Positions 8,182 to 18,755 of a stretch of 64,000 bases of DNA are shown here, piece after piece. Below the pieces are notes generated by a model, which worked only from the letters and a program-made list of their open reading frames with translations, was not told the DNA's origin and made no database searches. The position numbers were made by a program, and so were the translations under genes. The number at the start of each line of letters is the position of its first letter. Position 1 is the first letter of the stretch. Where the stretch lies: assembly GCA_039588295.1 (NCBI GenBank), contig JBDHAB010000002.1, positions 1-64,000 of the forward strand. The letters run 5' to 3'. The DNA is from Gemmatimonadota bacterium (lineage in GTDB: Bacteria; Gemmatimonadota; Gemmatimonadetes; Gemmatimonadales; GWC2-71-9).

Positions 8182-9612
8182 TCAGAGGCGCCCGCGGCCC
8201 CCATTCACCTCCAAGACCGCGTTGCGGATGTCTTCCAGCGCCATTTCCATCCGGTCACGGTGGGTCCGGAACGAGAGCACACAAATACGAATCACGAATC
8301 GTCCCTGGAGACTGGTGCCGGTCAGGTAGACTCGCTTCCGACCGTTCACGGCGTCGAGCAATGACTGATTCAGCCCGTTCGTCTCCTCGAGTCCCAGCTC
8401 CGGCCACACCATGCGGAATGCCACGATCGAGAGCTCCGGCTCCGCGACGATCTCGAGACCTTCGATTTCTCGAAGCTGCTCGGTCGCCCAGCGTGCGAGG
8501 TCCAACTTTTCGTCGAGCGCCCGACGGAACGCGTCGACCCCCGTGAGCTTGAACGGCAGCCAGATCCGGAGCCCGCGGTATGCCCGCGAGAGCTCCGGTG
8601 ACAGTTGGCAGAAGTCCACGAACTCCTGCTGCTCCTGCATGGCGGGGAGGTAGGCTCCGTGGAGCTCGTGCGCCCGGTGGAGCGCCTTTCCGTCACGCAC
8701 CAGTAGCGAGCCGGTGCCGTAGGGGAGAAACAGCCCCTTATGCGGGTCGAGCGTGATCGAATCGGCCAATTCGATGCCACGCATCGCCGCCCGGCCACGC
8801 GCCGTCAGCATGAAGAAGCCGCCGTAGGCCGCGTCGACGTGCAGCCAAAGCCCATGGCGCGCGGCGACATCTGCGGCAGACTCGAGATCGTCCACCGCAC
8901 CCGTGTTCACCGTCCCAGCGCTCGCGACGACCAGAAACGGAACATGGCCGCTCTCTCGATCTCGAACGACCTGACGCTCCAGTTCGTCGATTCGCATACG
9001 GTATGACCGATCGGAGCCGACGATCCGAATGTTGTCCGACCGAAAGCCTGCGAGGTGCGCCGCCTTGGTGACGGAGTGGTGGATCTGCTCCGAGACGTAG
9101 ATCACCCCGCGGAGAAAATCGGGTGGCAGCCGTGTCTCGCGGGCAGTCACCACGGCGGAGAAGGTCGCGAGCGAGCCGCCGGTCGTCAGCAGCCCGTGCG
9201 CCTCACTTGGAAACCCGACCATGTCGCAGAGCCAGCGGAGGACGTTGGATTCCAGTTGTACGAGCCCTGGCGCCGCCAACCAGACGCCGGTATACCGGTT
9301 GACCGCGTCTGCGATCAGGTCCGCAACCGCGGAATGGAGAATCCCGCCCCCAGGGATATAGGCCAGGTATCCCGGCCCGGCCGTGTTGAAGCTCTTGGGA
9401 ATGGCTCGCTCAAACAGCAGGTCGAAGGTCTCGTCCGCAGACGTCCCCTGCTCCGGAACGGGTTCGGCGAGTGCGCGGGCTAGCTCTGCCGCTCCGTCGA
9501 CGTCGTTCGACGGTTGATCCGGGAGTGAGTCGATGTGTGCGACGATGCGATCCATTGCCGCGTCAACCAGTGCCCGAAAGGCCGCCCCGTTCAGCTCCAG
9601 AGTCCCGTACAT
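8182..9612 (-). CDS. PLP-dependent group II decarboxylase (aromatic-L-amino-acid decarboxylase family)
   Basis: WLHVDAAYGG, SITLDPHKGLF (PLP lysine), AGTVNTGAVD. Confidence 0.93.
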   Translation of the reverse strand: MYGTLELNGAAFRALVDAAMDRIVAHIDSLPDQPSNDVDGAAELARALAEPVPEQGTSADETFDLLFERAIPKSFNTAGPGYLAYIPGGGILHSAVADLIADAVNRYTGVWLAAPGLVQLESNVLRWLCDMVGFPSEAHGLLTTGGSLATFSAVVTARETRLPPDFLRGVIYVSEQIHHSVTKAAHLAGFRSDNIRIVGSDRSYRMRIDELERQVVRDRESGHVPFLVVASAGTVNTGAVDDLESAADVAARHGLWLHVDAAYGGFFMLTARGRAAMRGIELADSITLDPHKGLFLPYGTGSLLVRDGKALHRAHELHGAYLPAMQEQQEFVDFCQLSPELSRAYRGLRIWLPFKLTGVDAFRRALDEKLDLARWATEQLREIEGLEIVAEPELSIVAFRMVWPELGLEETNGLNQSLLDAVNGRKRVYLTGTSLQGRFVIRICVLSFRTHRDRMEMALEDIRNAVLEVNGGRGRL

Positions 9613-9748
9613 GAGTCGCTCGTTAATCAGAAGGGGTTCGCGTGCGAAGGTAGCCCGACACTTCCAAGACCGGAATGCGCGTCGCGTGGTCTCAACCCGG
9701 TCACGGACCTATCTTCCCTAGCCCGCCAACACACACGGTATCTACCAA

Positions 9749-11104
9749 ATGTCACGATTCTTCATTGTCGCTTTGCTGATCGCGCTCGGCGCGAGTCAAG
9801 CGGCGCACGCACAACTCGATCAGCCGGAGCGCCCGTTCGGCACGCTTCGCGAGCAGGCCGCGCTCCAGCAGCAGTGGCTCCAGGAACGCCTCGACAGCGT
9901 ACTCCCACGACTGATGCGGGAGCACGACGTCGCGATGTGGGTGATTCCGATGCGAGAATACAACGAAGATCCGGTGTTCCCGGCCCTCGTCGCACCCACG
10001 ACCTTCGCCGCCAGACGACGAACGGTCTACATCTTCTACGACCGGGGCGGTGACGACGGTGTCGAGCGGATTGCCATCGGCGGGTCGTCTCAGGGCGGTG
10101 CGTACGAGGTGGTCCGCGGAACGGAACAGGCTCCTGACGGTCGCCCACGTGAGTTCTGGGGCCGGGATCAGTGGAAGGTCGTGGCACAGACCATCGAGGA
10201 TCGCAACCCGCGTAACATCGCGGTCAACGTTTCCTACACGCACAATTTCGCCGATGGGTTGAGCGCCGGCGAGTTGCACCAGCTCACGGAAGCGCTCGGT
10301 GCGGAGCTCACCCAGCGCATCAAGCACGCCGAGGGGCTCGCCCTGGATTTCCTCGCGCTCCGCGTCCCGGCCATGAACCCGACGTATCGACGCATGCAGG
10401 AGCTCGTCCACGAGCTCATCGGAACCGCCTTCTCGAGTGCGGTCATCACGCCCGGAGTGACCACGACTGACGACGTTGTCTGGTGGTTCCGGCAACGGAT
10501 GAACGACCTTGGGCTCGGAACCTGGTTTCATCCGAGCGTCGATGTCCAACGGCTCGGCGTGGACATGGCCGACTCCACCAACCCCGTCATCCGGCGGGGT
10601 GACGTGCTCCACTGCGACGTGGGCGTCACCGCACTCAGGCTCAATACCGACACGCAGCACATGGGCTACGTGCTCCGCGACGGGGAGACGGACGCGCCGC
10701 CTGGGCTCCTCGTGGCCCTGGCGAATGCCAACCGTCTACAGGATATCGTGATGAGAGAAATGCGCCCCGGCAGGACCGGCAACGAGGTGCTGGCGTCCAG
10801 CTTGGCCGCGATGCGGGCGGGCGGCATCGAGGGCACGGTGTACACGCACCCCATTGGGGAGCACGGTCATGGAGCGGGACCGCTCATTGGCCTTTGGGAT
10901 CGTCAGGACGGCGTGCCGGGGCGGGGCGACGTGCCCCTGCGAGCACCGACCTGGCATTCGGTGGAGCTCCAAGCCGCCACCGCTGTCCCAGAATGGGACG
11001 GGCAGACGGTACGGATCATGCTTGAGGAGGATGCGGAACTCAGCCACGACGGCTCAATGCGGTGGATCCTGCGCCGTCAGGGTCGGTTTCACCTCGTCAG
11101 ATAG
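9749..11104 (+). CDS. secreted M24 family (Xaa-Pro aminopeptidase-like) metallopeptidase
   Basis: Signal peptide; LHCDVG..LNTDTQH, YTHPIGEHGHGAG, SVEL, LEED metal-ligand motifs. Confidence 0.88.
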   Translation: MSRFFIVALLIALGASQAAHAQLDQPERPFGTLREQAALQQQWLQERLDSVLPRLMREHDVAMWVIPMREYNEDPVFPALVAPTTFAARRRTVYIFYDRGGDDGVERIAIGGSSQGGAYEVVRGTEQAPDGRPREFWGRDQWKVVAQTIEDRNPRNIAVNVSYTHNFADGLSAGELHQLTEALGAELTQRIKHAEGLALDFLALRVPAMNPTYRRMQELVHELIGTAFSSAVITPGVTTTDDVVWWFRQRMNDLGLGTWFHPSVDVQRLGVDMADSTNPVIRRGDVLHCDVGVTALRLNTDTQHMGYVLRDGETDAPPGLLVALANANRLQDIVMREMRPGRTGNEVLASSLAAMRAGGIEGTVYTHPIGEHGHGAGPLIGLWDRQDGVPGRGDVPLRAPTWHSVELQAATAVPEWDGQTVRIMLEEDAELSHDGSMRWILRRQGRFHLVR

Positions 11105-11132
11105 GGGAGCTCGGAGCGTATGGGCGTCGCGC

Positions 11133-11158
11133 GTTACCTTTTGAATGCTCGCGACGTC
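11133..11158 (+). promoter_or_regulatory. ECF-sigma-type promoter candidate
   Basis: GTTACC-N16-CGTC upstream of the lipoprotein gene. Confidence 0.4.
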
Positions 11159-11205
11159 TCTGCAATACATCCCGACCGTCCCATCAAATCACTGGAGGAA
11201 ATGGA

Positions 11206-11919
11206 ATGTTCGGATTCCGTAGCAAGAATATCCTGGCCATCGGCGTTGTGGCTGCCCTGGCCGGCGCCTGCGCCGACACGACCGGGATCGGCGACACCGG
11301 CTCGGTCCGGGTCACACTGCAGCAAGCCGGAACGGTCCTGGCACCGGCGGCAAGTCCCGCATGGGTCAATCTGTCTGGCGCAGATATGGAAGGACTCGAC
11401 CGGGCGCTGATTGCCTCGCTCGAGGTTACGGTGACCAGCATCGCCTTCCTGCCGGTGGACGAAGACGACCCCGACGATCCAAGCGGCATGGGAATGGGTG
11501 ACGGCGACATGGACGGAACGTCCTGGATCTCGCTCCCGCTTGGCGAACCCGTACCGCTGGACCTCCTCGCCCTACCCAGCGAAATGGACTCGCCAATCGT
11601 GATCGCGGCCGGGGACGTCCCCGTCGGCGATTATCGGAAGGTCCGGCTTTTCGTCGAGAACGCGACGATCAGCTTCACCGAGGCAATCACCAAGGGCAAC
11701 GCGACGTTCGACGCAGAGGTGGATCATCCCGTTGATATCCCCTCAGCCGCGAACAGCGGACTCAAGACGGACGCGATCTTCTCCGTGGTTGCGGACGACG
11801 TGGGCGCCGTCAGCGACGTTAACCTGCTGTTCGATCCCACCGCCACGTTCAAGAACGTCACGGTCACGGGCTCGGGACGGGTCATCCTCGCCCCGGTGAT
11901 CAAGGCCCACATGAACTGA
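11206..11919 (+). CDS. lipoprotein, DUF4382-like
   Basis: GGAGG RBS; lipobox LAGAC; pattern SLEVTVTSI..LDLLAL..VPVGDYRKVRL..IPSAANSGLK..LLFD..PVI. Confidence 0.75.
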   Translation: MFGFRSKNILAIGVVAALAGACADTTGIGDTGSVRVTLQQAGTVLAPAASPAWVNLSGADMEGLDRALIASLEVTVTSIAFLPVDEDDPDDPSGMGMGDGDMDGTSWISLPLGEPVPLDLLALPSEMDSPIVIAAGDVPVGDYRKVRLFVENATISFTEAITKGNATFDAEVDHPVDIPSAANSGLKTDAIFSVVADDVGAVSDVNLLFDPTATFKNVTVTGSGRVILAPVIKAHMN

Positions 11920-11948
11920 ACCGCTGCTCAGAGCCGGGTTCCATCCCG

Positions 11949-11987
11949 CAACGCCCGCCGCGGCCCTTCACGCCGCGGCGGGCGTTG
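11949..11987 (+). terminator. intrinsic terminator
   Basis: 16-bp perfect stem CAACGCCCGCCGCGGC / GCCGCGGCGGGCGTTG followed by TCGTATCTTT. Confidence 0.8.
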
Positions 11988-12100
11988 TCGTATCTTTCGG
12001 CCCGCTTTCAGCGCTCCGCACTGAGGTGGCCTCCCACGGAACCCGTTCGCCCGATGGGCAGCACCGGGCAATCACCCGTTTCTTCGCAATGAGGATCCAT

Positions 12101-14263
12101 ATGAAATCCAAAACCACGTACTATCTGACCCTGGCGGTGATCGCCCCGGTTGCGGCCGCGTGTGCCACGGGTGGCGCGCCACAGACCGCGGCCGCGCCGG
12201 CCGTGGCCCCGGCGGCGGAGACGATGCCGGCACCAGAGGCGGGCGTCGTCGAGGCCCGCGAGCCCGGTCGGTTCGACATGGGCAAGATGTGGACGTTCGA
12301 GAACGCACCCCTCGACTACTTCCAAGAGGCATACGGGTTCGAAGCGACCGAGCAGTGGCTCGAGCAGGTACGGCTCGCCACGCTCCGCATCCCCGGTTGC
12401 ACGGCCTCGTTCGTTTCGCCAAACGGTCTCGTGGCGAGCAATCACCATTGCGCCCGCGGAGCGACGTCGGGTGTGACCCGCGAGGGCGAGAACCTCTTGG
12501 ATGATGGCTTTTACGCTCCCACCCTGGAGGATGAGCGACCGGTCCCGAACATGTGGGCGGACCAGATGGTCGAGATGCATGACGTCACGGCGCTGATCGA
12601 GGCTGCCGTCGACCCGATGACGACGGAATCACGGCAAGTCGAGGCGCGAGACGCCCGCATGGAGTCCGTGGGAGACAGCGCGAGCAGCGCGACGGGCCTG
12701 CGGTGCAGCGTCACGTCGCTGTACCAAGGTGGCAAGCACTCGATGTACTGCTACAAGCGGTACACCAACATCAGGATGGTCTTCGTCCCCGAGCTCCAGA
12801 TCGGCTACTTTGGCGGCGATCCGGACAACTTCACCTACCCCCGGTACAACCTCGACATTTCGTTCTTCCGGGTCTACGACGACGACGGCAATCCGCTTCA
12901 GCCGCAGAGCTTCTTCCGCTGGAGCGATGACGTCATGCCTGAGGGCACACCGTTGTTCGTGATCGGCAACCCCGGGTCGACCGAGCGGCTCAGTACCGTC
13001 GCACAGCTCGAGAACAACCGAGACTATCGCGAGCCCTACGTGGTACGCCTGCTCAAGACCCGCACGGACATCCTCGCGCACTTCATGGAGCACCACCCCG
13101 AGACGCGCGACCAGTACATCAACCAGTGGTTTGGCTGGATGAACGGCTTGAAGCTCTACATGGGCAGGGAGAAGGCGCTGAACGATCCGGAGATCATGGG
13201 CCGCAAGATTGGCTTCGAGCGGCAATTCCGAGACGCGGTGGCAGCAAAACCCGAGCTACTCCGACAGTACGGGACGCTGTGGGACGAGATTGCCGACGTC
13301 CGTTCGCAGATGGCGGAGCATTTCCCGACGCTCATGGCGCTCAACACGAACGGATCGCTTCGTTCGCAGACCTTGGCGACGGCCGCCGCGATGATTCAGT
13401 ACGCACAAGCGGTCCAGGGTGGCGCTCCTGACAGCGTCGTGCAGGGCATGCGGCGTGGCCTCGAGAATCGAGAGATCGACACGCGTCTCGATCATCACAT
13501 GATCGAAGCGACGATTGAGGATGCGGCGCTTTGGCTCGGCAAGAATGATCCCTTCGTCGTGCGGGCCTTGGCGGGCAAGACGCCCGCGGAAGCTGGCCAC
13601 GCCATCATCGACGAGTCACCGAGCTGCACCGACGCCGAGGCCCGGCGCGCGATGCTCGACAACCCGCAACAGATCCTCACCACCGGTGAGCCCGCGATCG
13701 CCTTGATGCGTGAGGCGTTGCCACGATTCCAGCAGGCTGCCGCACGGTTTGGCCAGCTCAGCAATCAGGAGGAAGTCCGCACGACGAAGCTCGCCCGCGC
13801 GTCATTCGATGTGTACGGTACCGAGCTGCCGCCGGATGCGACGTTCACGCTCCGCATCGCGGACGGTGTGGTCTCGAGCTACGAGTACAACGGTACCAAA
13901 GCGCCCGCTTGGACCACGTTCTACGGTCTCTACGATCGCTGGGCCAGCCACAAGGGACGAGACGAGTGGGAGCTTCCCGAGCGGTGGCAGAGCCCGCCGG
14001 CAGAGTTCGACAAGAGCACCCCGCTCAACATGGTCCACACCAACGACACGGTCGGCGGGAACTCTGGGAGCCCGGTGATCAATACGGACCGCGAAATTGT
14101 CGGGCTCCTGTTCGACGGCAACATCGAGAGCCTGTCGGGAGATTTCATCTACATCACCGAGAGCGGGGGGCGTTCGGTTTCGGTCCTCACGACGGCGATT
14201 CTCGAGGCCCTCAGGCACATGTACGACGCCGACCGCATTGCCCAGGAGTTGGTCGGTATGTAG
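12101..14263 (+). CDS. S46 family dipeptidyl peptidase (lipoprotein)
   Basis: GKMWTF, CTASFVSPNGLVASNHHC, FGGDPDNFTYPR, catalytic TNDTVGGNSGSP, GLLFDGN. Confidence 0.95.
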   Translation: MKSKTTYYLTLAVIAPVAAACATGGAPQTAAAPAVAPAAETMPAPEAGVVEAREPGRFDMGKMWTFENAPLDYFQEAYGFEATEQWLEQVRLATLRIPGCTASFVSPNGLVASNHHCARGATSGVTREGENLLDDGFYAPTLEDERPVPNMWADQMVEMHDVTALIEAAVDPMTTESRQVEARDARMESVGDSASSATGLRCSVTSLYQGGKHSMYCYKRYTNIRMVFVPELQIGYFGGDPDNFTYPRYNLDISFFRVYDDDGNPLQPQSFFRWSDDVMPEGTPLFVIGNPGSTERLSTVAQLENNRDYREPYVVRLLKTRTDILAHFMEHHPETRDQYINQWFGWMNGLKLYMGREKALNDPEIMGRKIGFERQFRDAVAAKPELLRQYGTLWDEIADVRSQMAEHFPTLMALNTNGSLRSQTLATAAAMIQYAQAVQGGAPDSVVQGMRRGLENREIDTRLDHHMIEATIEDAALWLGKNDPFVVRALAGKTPAEAGHAIIDESPSCTDAEARRAMLDNPQQILTTGEPAIALMREALPRFQQAAARFGQLSNQEEVRTTKLARASFDVYGTELPPDATFTLRIADGVVSSYEYNGTKAPAWTTFYGLYDRWASHKGRDEWELPERWQSPPAEFDKSTPLNMVHTNDTVGGNSGSPVINTDREIVGLLFDGNIESLSGDFIYITESGGRSVSVLTTAILEALRHMYDADRIAQELVGM

Positions 14264-14285
14264 GAGCCACAGGAGGCAGGGTTCC

Positions 14286-14325
14286 ACGCGGCTCCCGCCC
14301 GGTAGGCGGGGGCCGCGTTTGTCTT
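14286..14325 (+). terminator. intrinsic terminator
   Basis: ACGCGGCTCCCGCC / GGCGGGGGCCGCGT stem followed by TTGTCTT. Confidence 0.7.
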
Positions 14326-14394
14326 CCGGTCAACCGCCGTTGCACGCGGTGGCCGGGGCCGCGAAACTACGGCACCCTGCGGAGCCTCCGGACC

Positions 14395-15489
14395 ATGACG
14401 CTGATTGCCGAACTCCCGACCCCCGTCCTGCTCCTCGACCTGGACGTCCTCGAAGCGAACCTCGCACGCATGGCCCGGCGGGCAACGAGACTCGGCGTCA
14501 CGCTGAGACCCCACATCAAGACACACAAATGCATCGAGATCGGCGAGCGGCAGCGAGCGCTCGGCGCACGCGGTATCACGGTTGCCACGCTTGAAGAGGC
14601 ACGCTCGTTCGCCGATCACGGCTTCGACGACATCACGTGGGCCTTTCCACCTAGCTCGAGCCGACTCGAGGAGGCGCGGGCCTTGGCGGAACGGATCACG
14701 CTCCGCGTGGCGGTCGACTCGAAGGAGGCGGTGCGGGAGTTGGAGCGACACGGACTCCCGAAGCACGTCTGGGTCATGGTGGACTGCGGGTACCACCGAA
14801 CCGGTGTGGACCCCGCCTCCGACCACGCGGTCGAGATCACACGCAGCGTGGCCGTTTCGTCGGCGCTCCACTTCGACGGGATTCTCACTCATGGTGGCCA
14901 CACCTACACGGGACGGACCCAGACGGAGGTGAACGCTGCGGCGATCGAGGAGCGTGAGGTGACGGTGGCGTTTGCCGACCGACTCCGCGCGCTGGGCATC
15001 GAGGTACCCGCGGTCAGTGTCGGCTCAACGCCGGGCATGGCCGCGATCGACCACCTCAACGGCGTGGATGAAGCCCGACCCGGCAACTACGCGTTCCACG
15101 ACCACACGCAGGTGCTGCTTGGCACGTGCGGGGTGCGAGACTGTGCCCTCACCGTTTTGGCGAGCGTGGTCTCGTCACAGCCGGGGGCCGAGCACTGTGT
15201 CACTGATGCAGGCGCCCTCGCCCTGTCGAAGGACACGGGACGCGGGCCCATCGCCGAACCCACCATGGGCGAGATCTTTGACGACTATGCCGCCGGAACC
15301 CTCTCACGAGCCGCACGACTCGTGTCGCTCAGCCAGGAACATGGTGTGGTCAGTGCGCCACTTGCAGTTGGCGAACGTGTGCGAATCCTCCCCAACCACT
15401 CATGCCTCACCGTCGCCTGCTTCGATCGGTATCACGTCGTCCGCGGCGAGGAGGTCGTGGACGCCTGGCGGATCTGGCGCGGGAGATGA
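14395..15489 (+). CDS. PLP-dependent D-serine dehydratase / D-threonine aldolase family (alanine racemase fold)
   Basis: LPTPVLLLD, LRPHIKTHKC, VGSTP, EARPGNY, LSQEHG, PNHSCL. Confidence 0.92.
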   Translation: MTLIAELPTPVLLLDLDVLEANLARMARRATRLGVTLRPHIKTHKCIEIGERQRALGARGITVATLEEARSFADHGFDDITWAFPPSSSRLEEARALAERITLRVAVDSKEAVRELERHGLPKHVWVMVDCGYHRTGVDPASDHAVEITRSVAVSSALHFDGILTHGGHTYTGRTQTEVNAAAIEEREVTVAFADRLRALGIEVPAVSVGSTPGMAAIDHLNGVDEARPGNYAFHDHTQVLLGTCGVRDCALTVLASVVSSQPGAEHCVTDAGALALSKDTGRGPIAEPTMGEIFDDYAAGTLSRAARLVSLSQEHGVVSAPLAVGERVRILPNHSCLTVACFDRYHVVRGEEVVDAWRIWRGR

Positions 15490-15520
15490 CGGTTTGCACG
15501 TGAACATCCGAGGAACTCCC

Positions 15521-15546
15521 GCAACTCTTCTCCCTTTTAACTCGTT
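15521..15546 (+). promoter_or_regulatory. ECF-sigma-type promoter candidate
   Basis: GCAACT-N16-CGTT upstream of the serpin gene. Confidence 0.4.
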
Positions 15547-15625
15547 TCCCGCATCCAGTGACGCCACTGACCCCAGCCGAGGTATCTTCGGTTGACAGCA
15601 CACGCAGTTCTGAGTGGAGGACCCC

Positions 15626-16861
15626 ATGCGGCAGCATATTGCACTGGTATTGGCGGGCTCGGTCGCCACGGTGTTGGTGGGCTGTGGAGAAGCGTTCGGC
15701 CCCATCGAACGTCTCCCCCGCGAGCTGAGCGTTGCGGAAGGCAAGCTCATCGAAGCGGACAACCGGTTCGCGTTCAAGCTGTTCAGAGAGATCAACAACC
15801 GGGAACCCGCGGGCAGCAACGTCTTCATCTCCCCGCTCAGCGTGGGCATGGCCTTGGGGATGACGTACAACGGTGCCGCCGGCACCACGCGTGATGCCAT
15901 GCAGCAGGCCCTCGAGCTCGAGGGCATGACGCTCCAGGAGGTCAACGAAGCTTATCAGAGCCTCATCACCCTGCTCCGGGACCTCGACCCGTATGTCGAG
16001 TTCGTCCTCGCCAACTCCATCTGGTACCGCGAGGGCATCAGCATCGTCCCGGAGTTCCTCGACGTCAACCGGCAGTACTTCGATGCCGAGGTGTCGGCGT
16101 TGGATTTCTCCGACCCGTCCACGGTTGACGTGATCAACGCCTGGGTCGACGCGAAGACACAGGGCCGGATCGACGAGATCGTCACACCGCCGATTGACCC
16201 GTTAACGATCATGTTCCTGATCAACGCGATCTACTTCAAAGGGGACTGGACACACCAGTTCGACAAGGATCTGACCAGAGACGCACCGTTTAGACTCCCG
16301 GATGGTTCCGAAACGACCGTCAAGCTGATGTCCCACGAGGCGGAGATTCCGCTGCGGCACTTCGACTCCGGGGAACTCGTCATTGCGGATCTGGCATACG
16401 GGGGTCAGGCGTACAGCATGACCGTCGTCATGCCCACCGATCCCACGGGCATCGATGCGCTGGCGGAGAGCGTAACTGAGGAGCAGTGGAAGGCCTGGGT
16501 CTCGGCGCTCATCGCGGACTCGCTCCACATCGACCTACCGAAGTTTCGATTGGAGTACGAGATCGGCTTGAAAGACGTGCTGACGGCACTCGGGATGGGC
16601 ATCGCCTTCTCACCATTCGACGCGGACTTCACCAATCTCTATTCGGGTCCCGAACGGGCGTACATCAGCAAGGTGAAGCACAAGACGTTCGTCGACGTGA
16701 ACGAGGAGGGCACCGAGGCCGCAGCGGTGACGTCCGTGGAGATCGGCTTGACCAGCGTGCCCCTGAGGATTGTGATCGACCGCCCCTTCTTGTTCGCCAT
16801 CCGGGAGAACTACTCGGGGACGATTCTGTTTCTCGGGAAGGTGGTGAACCCAGGCAGTTGA
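15626..16861 (+). CDS. serpin (serine protease inhibitor) lipoprotein
   Basis: Lipobox LVGC; NVFISPLS, NAIYFKGDW, hinge EEGTEAAAVT, signature IDRPFLFAI..ILFLGKV. Confidence 0.96.
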   Translation: MRQHIALVLAGSVATVLVGCGEAFGPIERLPRELSVAEGKLIEADNRFAFKLFREINNREPAGSNVFISPLSVGMALGMTYNGAAGTTRDAMQQALELEGMTLQEVNEAYQSLITLLRDLDPYVEFVLANSIWYREGISIVPEFLDVNRQYFDAEVSALDFSDPSTVDVINAWVDAKTQGRIDEIVTPPIDPLTIMFLINAIYFKGDWTHQFDKDLTRDAPFRLPDGSETTVKLMSHEAEIPLRHFDSGELVIADLAYGGQAYSMTVVMPTDPTGIDALAESVTEEQWKAWVSALIADSLHIDLPKFRLEYEIGLKDVLTALGMGIAFSPFDADFTNLYSGPERAYISKVKHKTFVDVNEEGTEAAAVTSVEIGLTSVPLRIVIDRPFLFAIRENYSGTILFLGKVVNPGS

Positions 16862-16947
16862 TCCAGTAGCGAGGTCGAAACGGGGAAAGGGGAGACTCGT
16901 GGCCGCATAGCTACCCCTCCCCTCTCCCTCCCCTGTCCCTCGTCCCC

Positions 16948-18606
16948 TTATTGCTCCCGTCGAAAGACCACCTTCCCCGCCACGAGGGTTAGGTCCACCG
17001 TCGTATCCTCGATGTCCGCCGGATCAATCGTGAAGATGTCGTCGGCCAAGACCGCGAGATCGGCATACCGTCCGCGCTCCAGCGTCCCCAGCTCGTCCTC
17101 CAAAAAGGCCGCATAAGCATTGGCCGAGGTGTAGGCCGCCACAGCTTCTTCAACGGTGATCTTCTGCGCCGGTACCCAGCCGTCTGGATTCGCCCCGTCA
17201 ATGGTGCGGCGGGTCACCGCAGCGTAGATCCCAAGCAGTGGGTCGATCGGCGCCACCGTCCAGTCGCTGCCAAACGCCAGTCGAGCCCCGGCGTCCGCCA
17301 GGTCGCGAAACGCATAGGTGGTCTTGATCCGCTCCGTGCCGATCCGCTTCGCCGCCCAGCGTCCGTCGTCGATCGCGTGGTACGGCTGCATGGACGGAAT
17401 CACTCCGTCCTCAGCCGTGCGCCGAACCGCATCGGACGTAAGATGCTGGGCGTGCTCGATGCGAGCACGGCGATCGCGCGTTCCGTGGCGCTGCCGCGCC
17501 TCTGCAAACAGCTCGAGCAACCAGTCGTTGGCCCGATCTCCAATTGCGTGCACGATGAGTTGGAGCCCCGCCTCATCGGCTGCGAGAACGCTCGCCCGCA
17601 GCTCGGCGGTGTCGGTGACCATCAATCCCGCGGTGGTGGGATCGTCCTCATAGGGCTCGTAGAACCACGCCGTGGTGGAGCCAAGCGACCCGTCGACGAA
17701 TCCTTTGACGCCGCCCCAGAACAAGTGGTGGTCGCCGCGACCCTCACGCTCGATGTAGTGCGCCAGCCGTTCCCAGGTCGCGATCGGCACCACGGAGTAC
17801 ACGCGAAGGGGTAGTGCACCCTGTGATCGTGCGCGACGGTACGTCTCGTGACCCGCCCACGTCCCCATATCTGTGATCATCGTGACCCCGCGCTCGACGG
17901 CGTGAGCCACGGCGGCGCGCAGCGCGCGGTCGAGTTCCGCCTCCGACGGATCGGGAATCACGCGGCTCATGACGGACATCGCCGCGTCTTTGAGGACGCC
18001 TGTGGGCCGGCCATCCAGGTCCCGCACAATGGTGCCGCCCGGTGGGTCCGGCGTGTCCGGCGTCACGCCGGCCAGCTCCAACGCCCTCGTGTTGGCCAGT
18101 CCCATGTGACCGTCGAGCCGGCTCACGAACACTGGGTGATCCGGGGTCAGCGAGTCGATCCAGTCTCGGTGGGGCAACTCTCCGCCCCACAGCTCATGGT
18201 CCCAAGTCCCGCCCGTGACCCACTCGTTAGGGTGGGCGGCCGCAAATGCGCCGATCCGCCGGGCAAACTCCTCCGGGGTCGCTGCGTCACGCAGCTGCAC
18301 CGCAGCGAGCTCGAAGCCGCCGGCGATGAAGTGCGTGTGGGCGTCGATGAACCCCGGCACCACTCGTCGACCCCGCAGATCGATCCGGTCCGTCCTCGGG
18401 CCGACGAATCCGAGCACCTCCGCATCGGACCCAATGGCGAGGACGCGTTCCCCACGGACCGCGAGCGCGGTTGGCTCGGAGGGTCCGGGACCGCCTGTCC
18501 AGATCCGACCGCCCACGAGCACCAAATCCGCCACCTGTCCCGAGGCACTCATCGGCATCCCGACACACAACACCGCACATAGTCCCCCAACCCGTCGCCA
18601 CCACAT
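16948..18606 (-). CDS. amidohydrolase (YtcJ-like, amidohydrolase 3)
   Basis: PGFIDAHTH, DGHMGLAN, VKGFVDGSLGS, HAIGDRA, RIEHAQH, GSDWTV; start codon uncertain. Confidence 0.92.
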   Translation of the reverse strand: MWWRRVGGLCAVLCVGMPMSASGQVADLVLVGGRIWTGGPGPSEPTALAVRGERVLAIGSDAEVLGFVGPRTDRIDLRGRRVVPGFIDAHTHFIAGGFELAAVQLRDAATPEEFARRIGAFAAAHPNEWVTGGTWDHELWGGELPHRDWIDSLTPDHPVFVSRLDGHMGLANTRALELAGVTPDTPDPPGGTIVRDLDGRPTGVLKDAAMSVMSRVIPDPSEAELDRALRAAVAHAVERGVTMITDMGTWAGHETYRRARSQGALPLRVYSVVPIATWERLAHYIEREGRGDHHLFWGGVKGFVDGSLGSTTAWFYEPYEDDPTTAGLMVTDTAELRASVLAADEAGLQLIVHAIGDRANDWLLELFAEARQRHGTRDRRARIEHAQHLTSDAVRRTAEDGVIPSMQPYHAIDDGRWAAKRIGTERIKTTYAFRDLADAGARLAFGSDWTVAPIDPLLGIYAAVTRRTIDGANPDGWVPAQKITVEEAVAAYTSANAYAAFLEDELGTLERGRYADLAVLADDIFTIDPADIEDTTVDLTLVAGKVVFRREQ

Positions 18607-18755
18607 AGGCTCTCTCCAGGTAAGCCGTCGCCACTCATGCGTCCGCCGCTCATTGGACCCGATCTGAACTTCGCGCCGGTCTGACGGCGGGGCAAGCAAG
18701 TGGTGCCGCACCATCGCCGCAGCCTGAGGCCCGTCCGCCACGGCGAAATAAGAGA

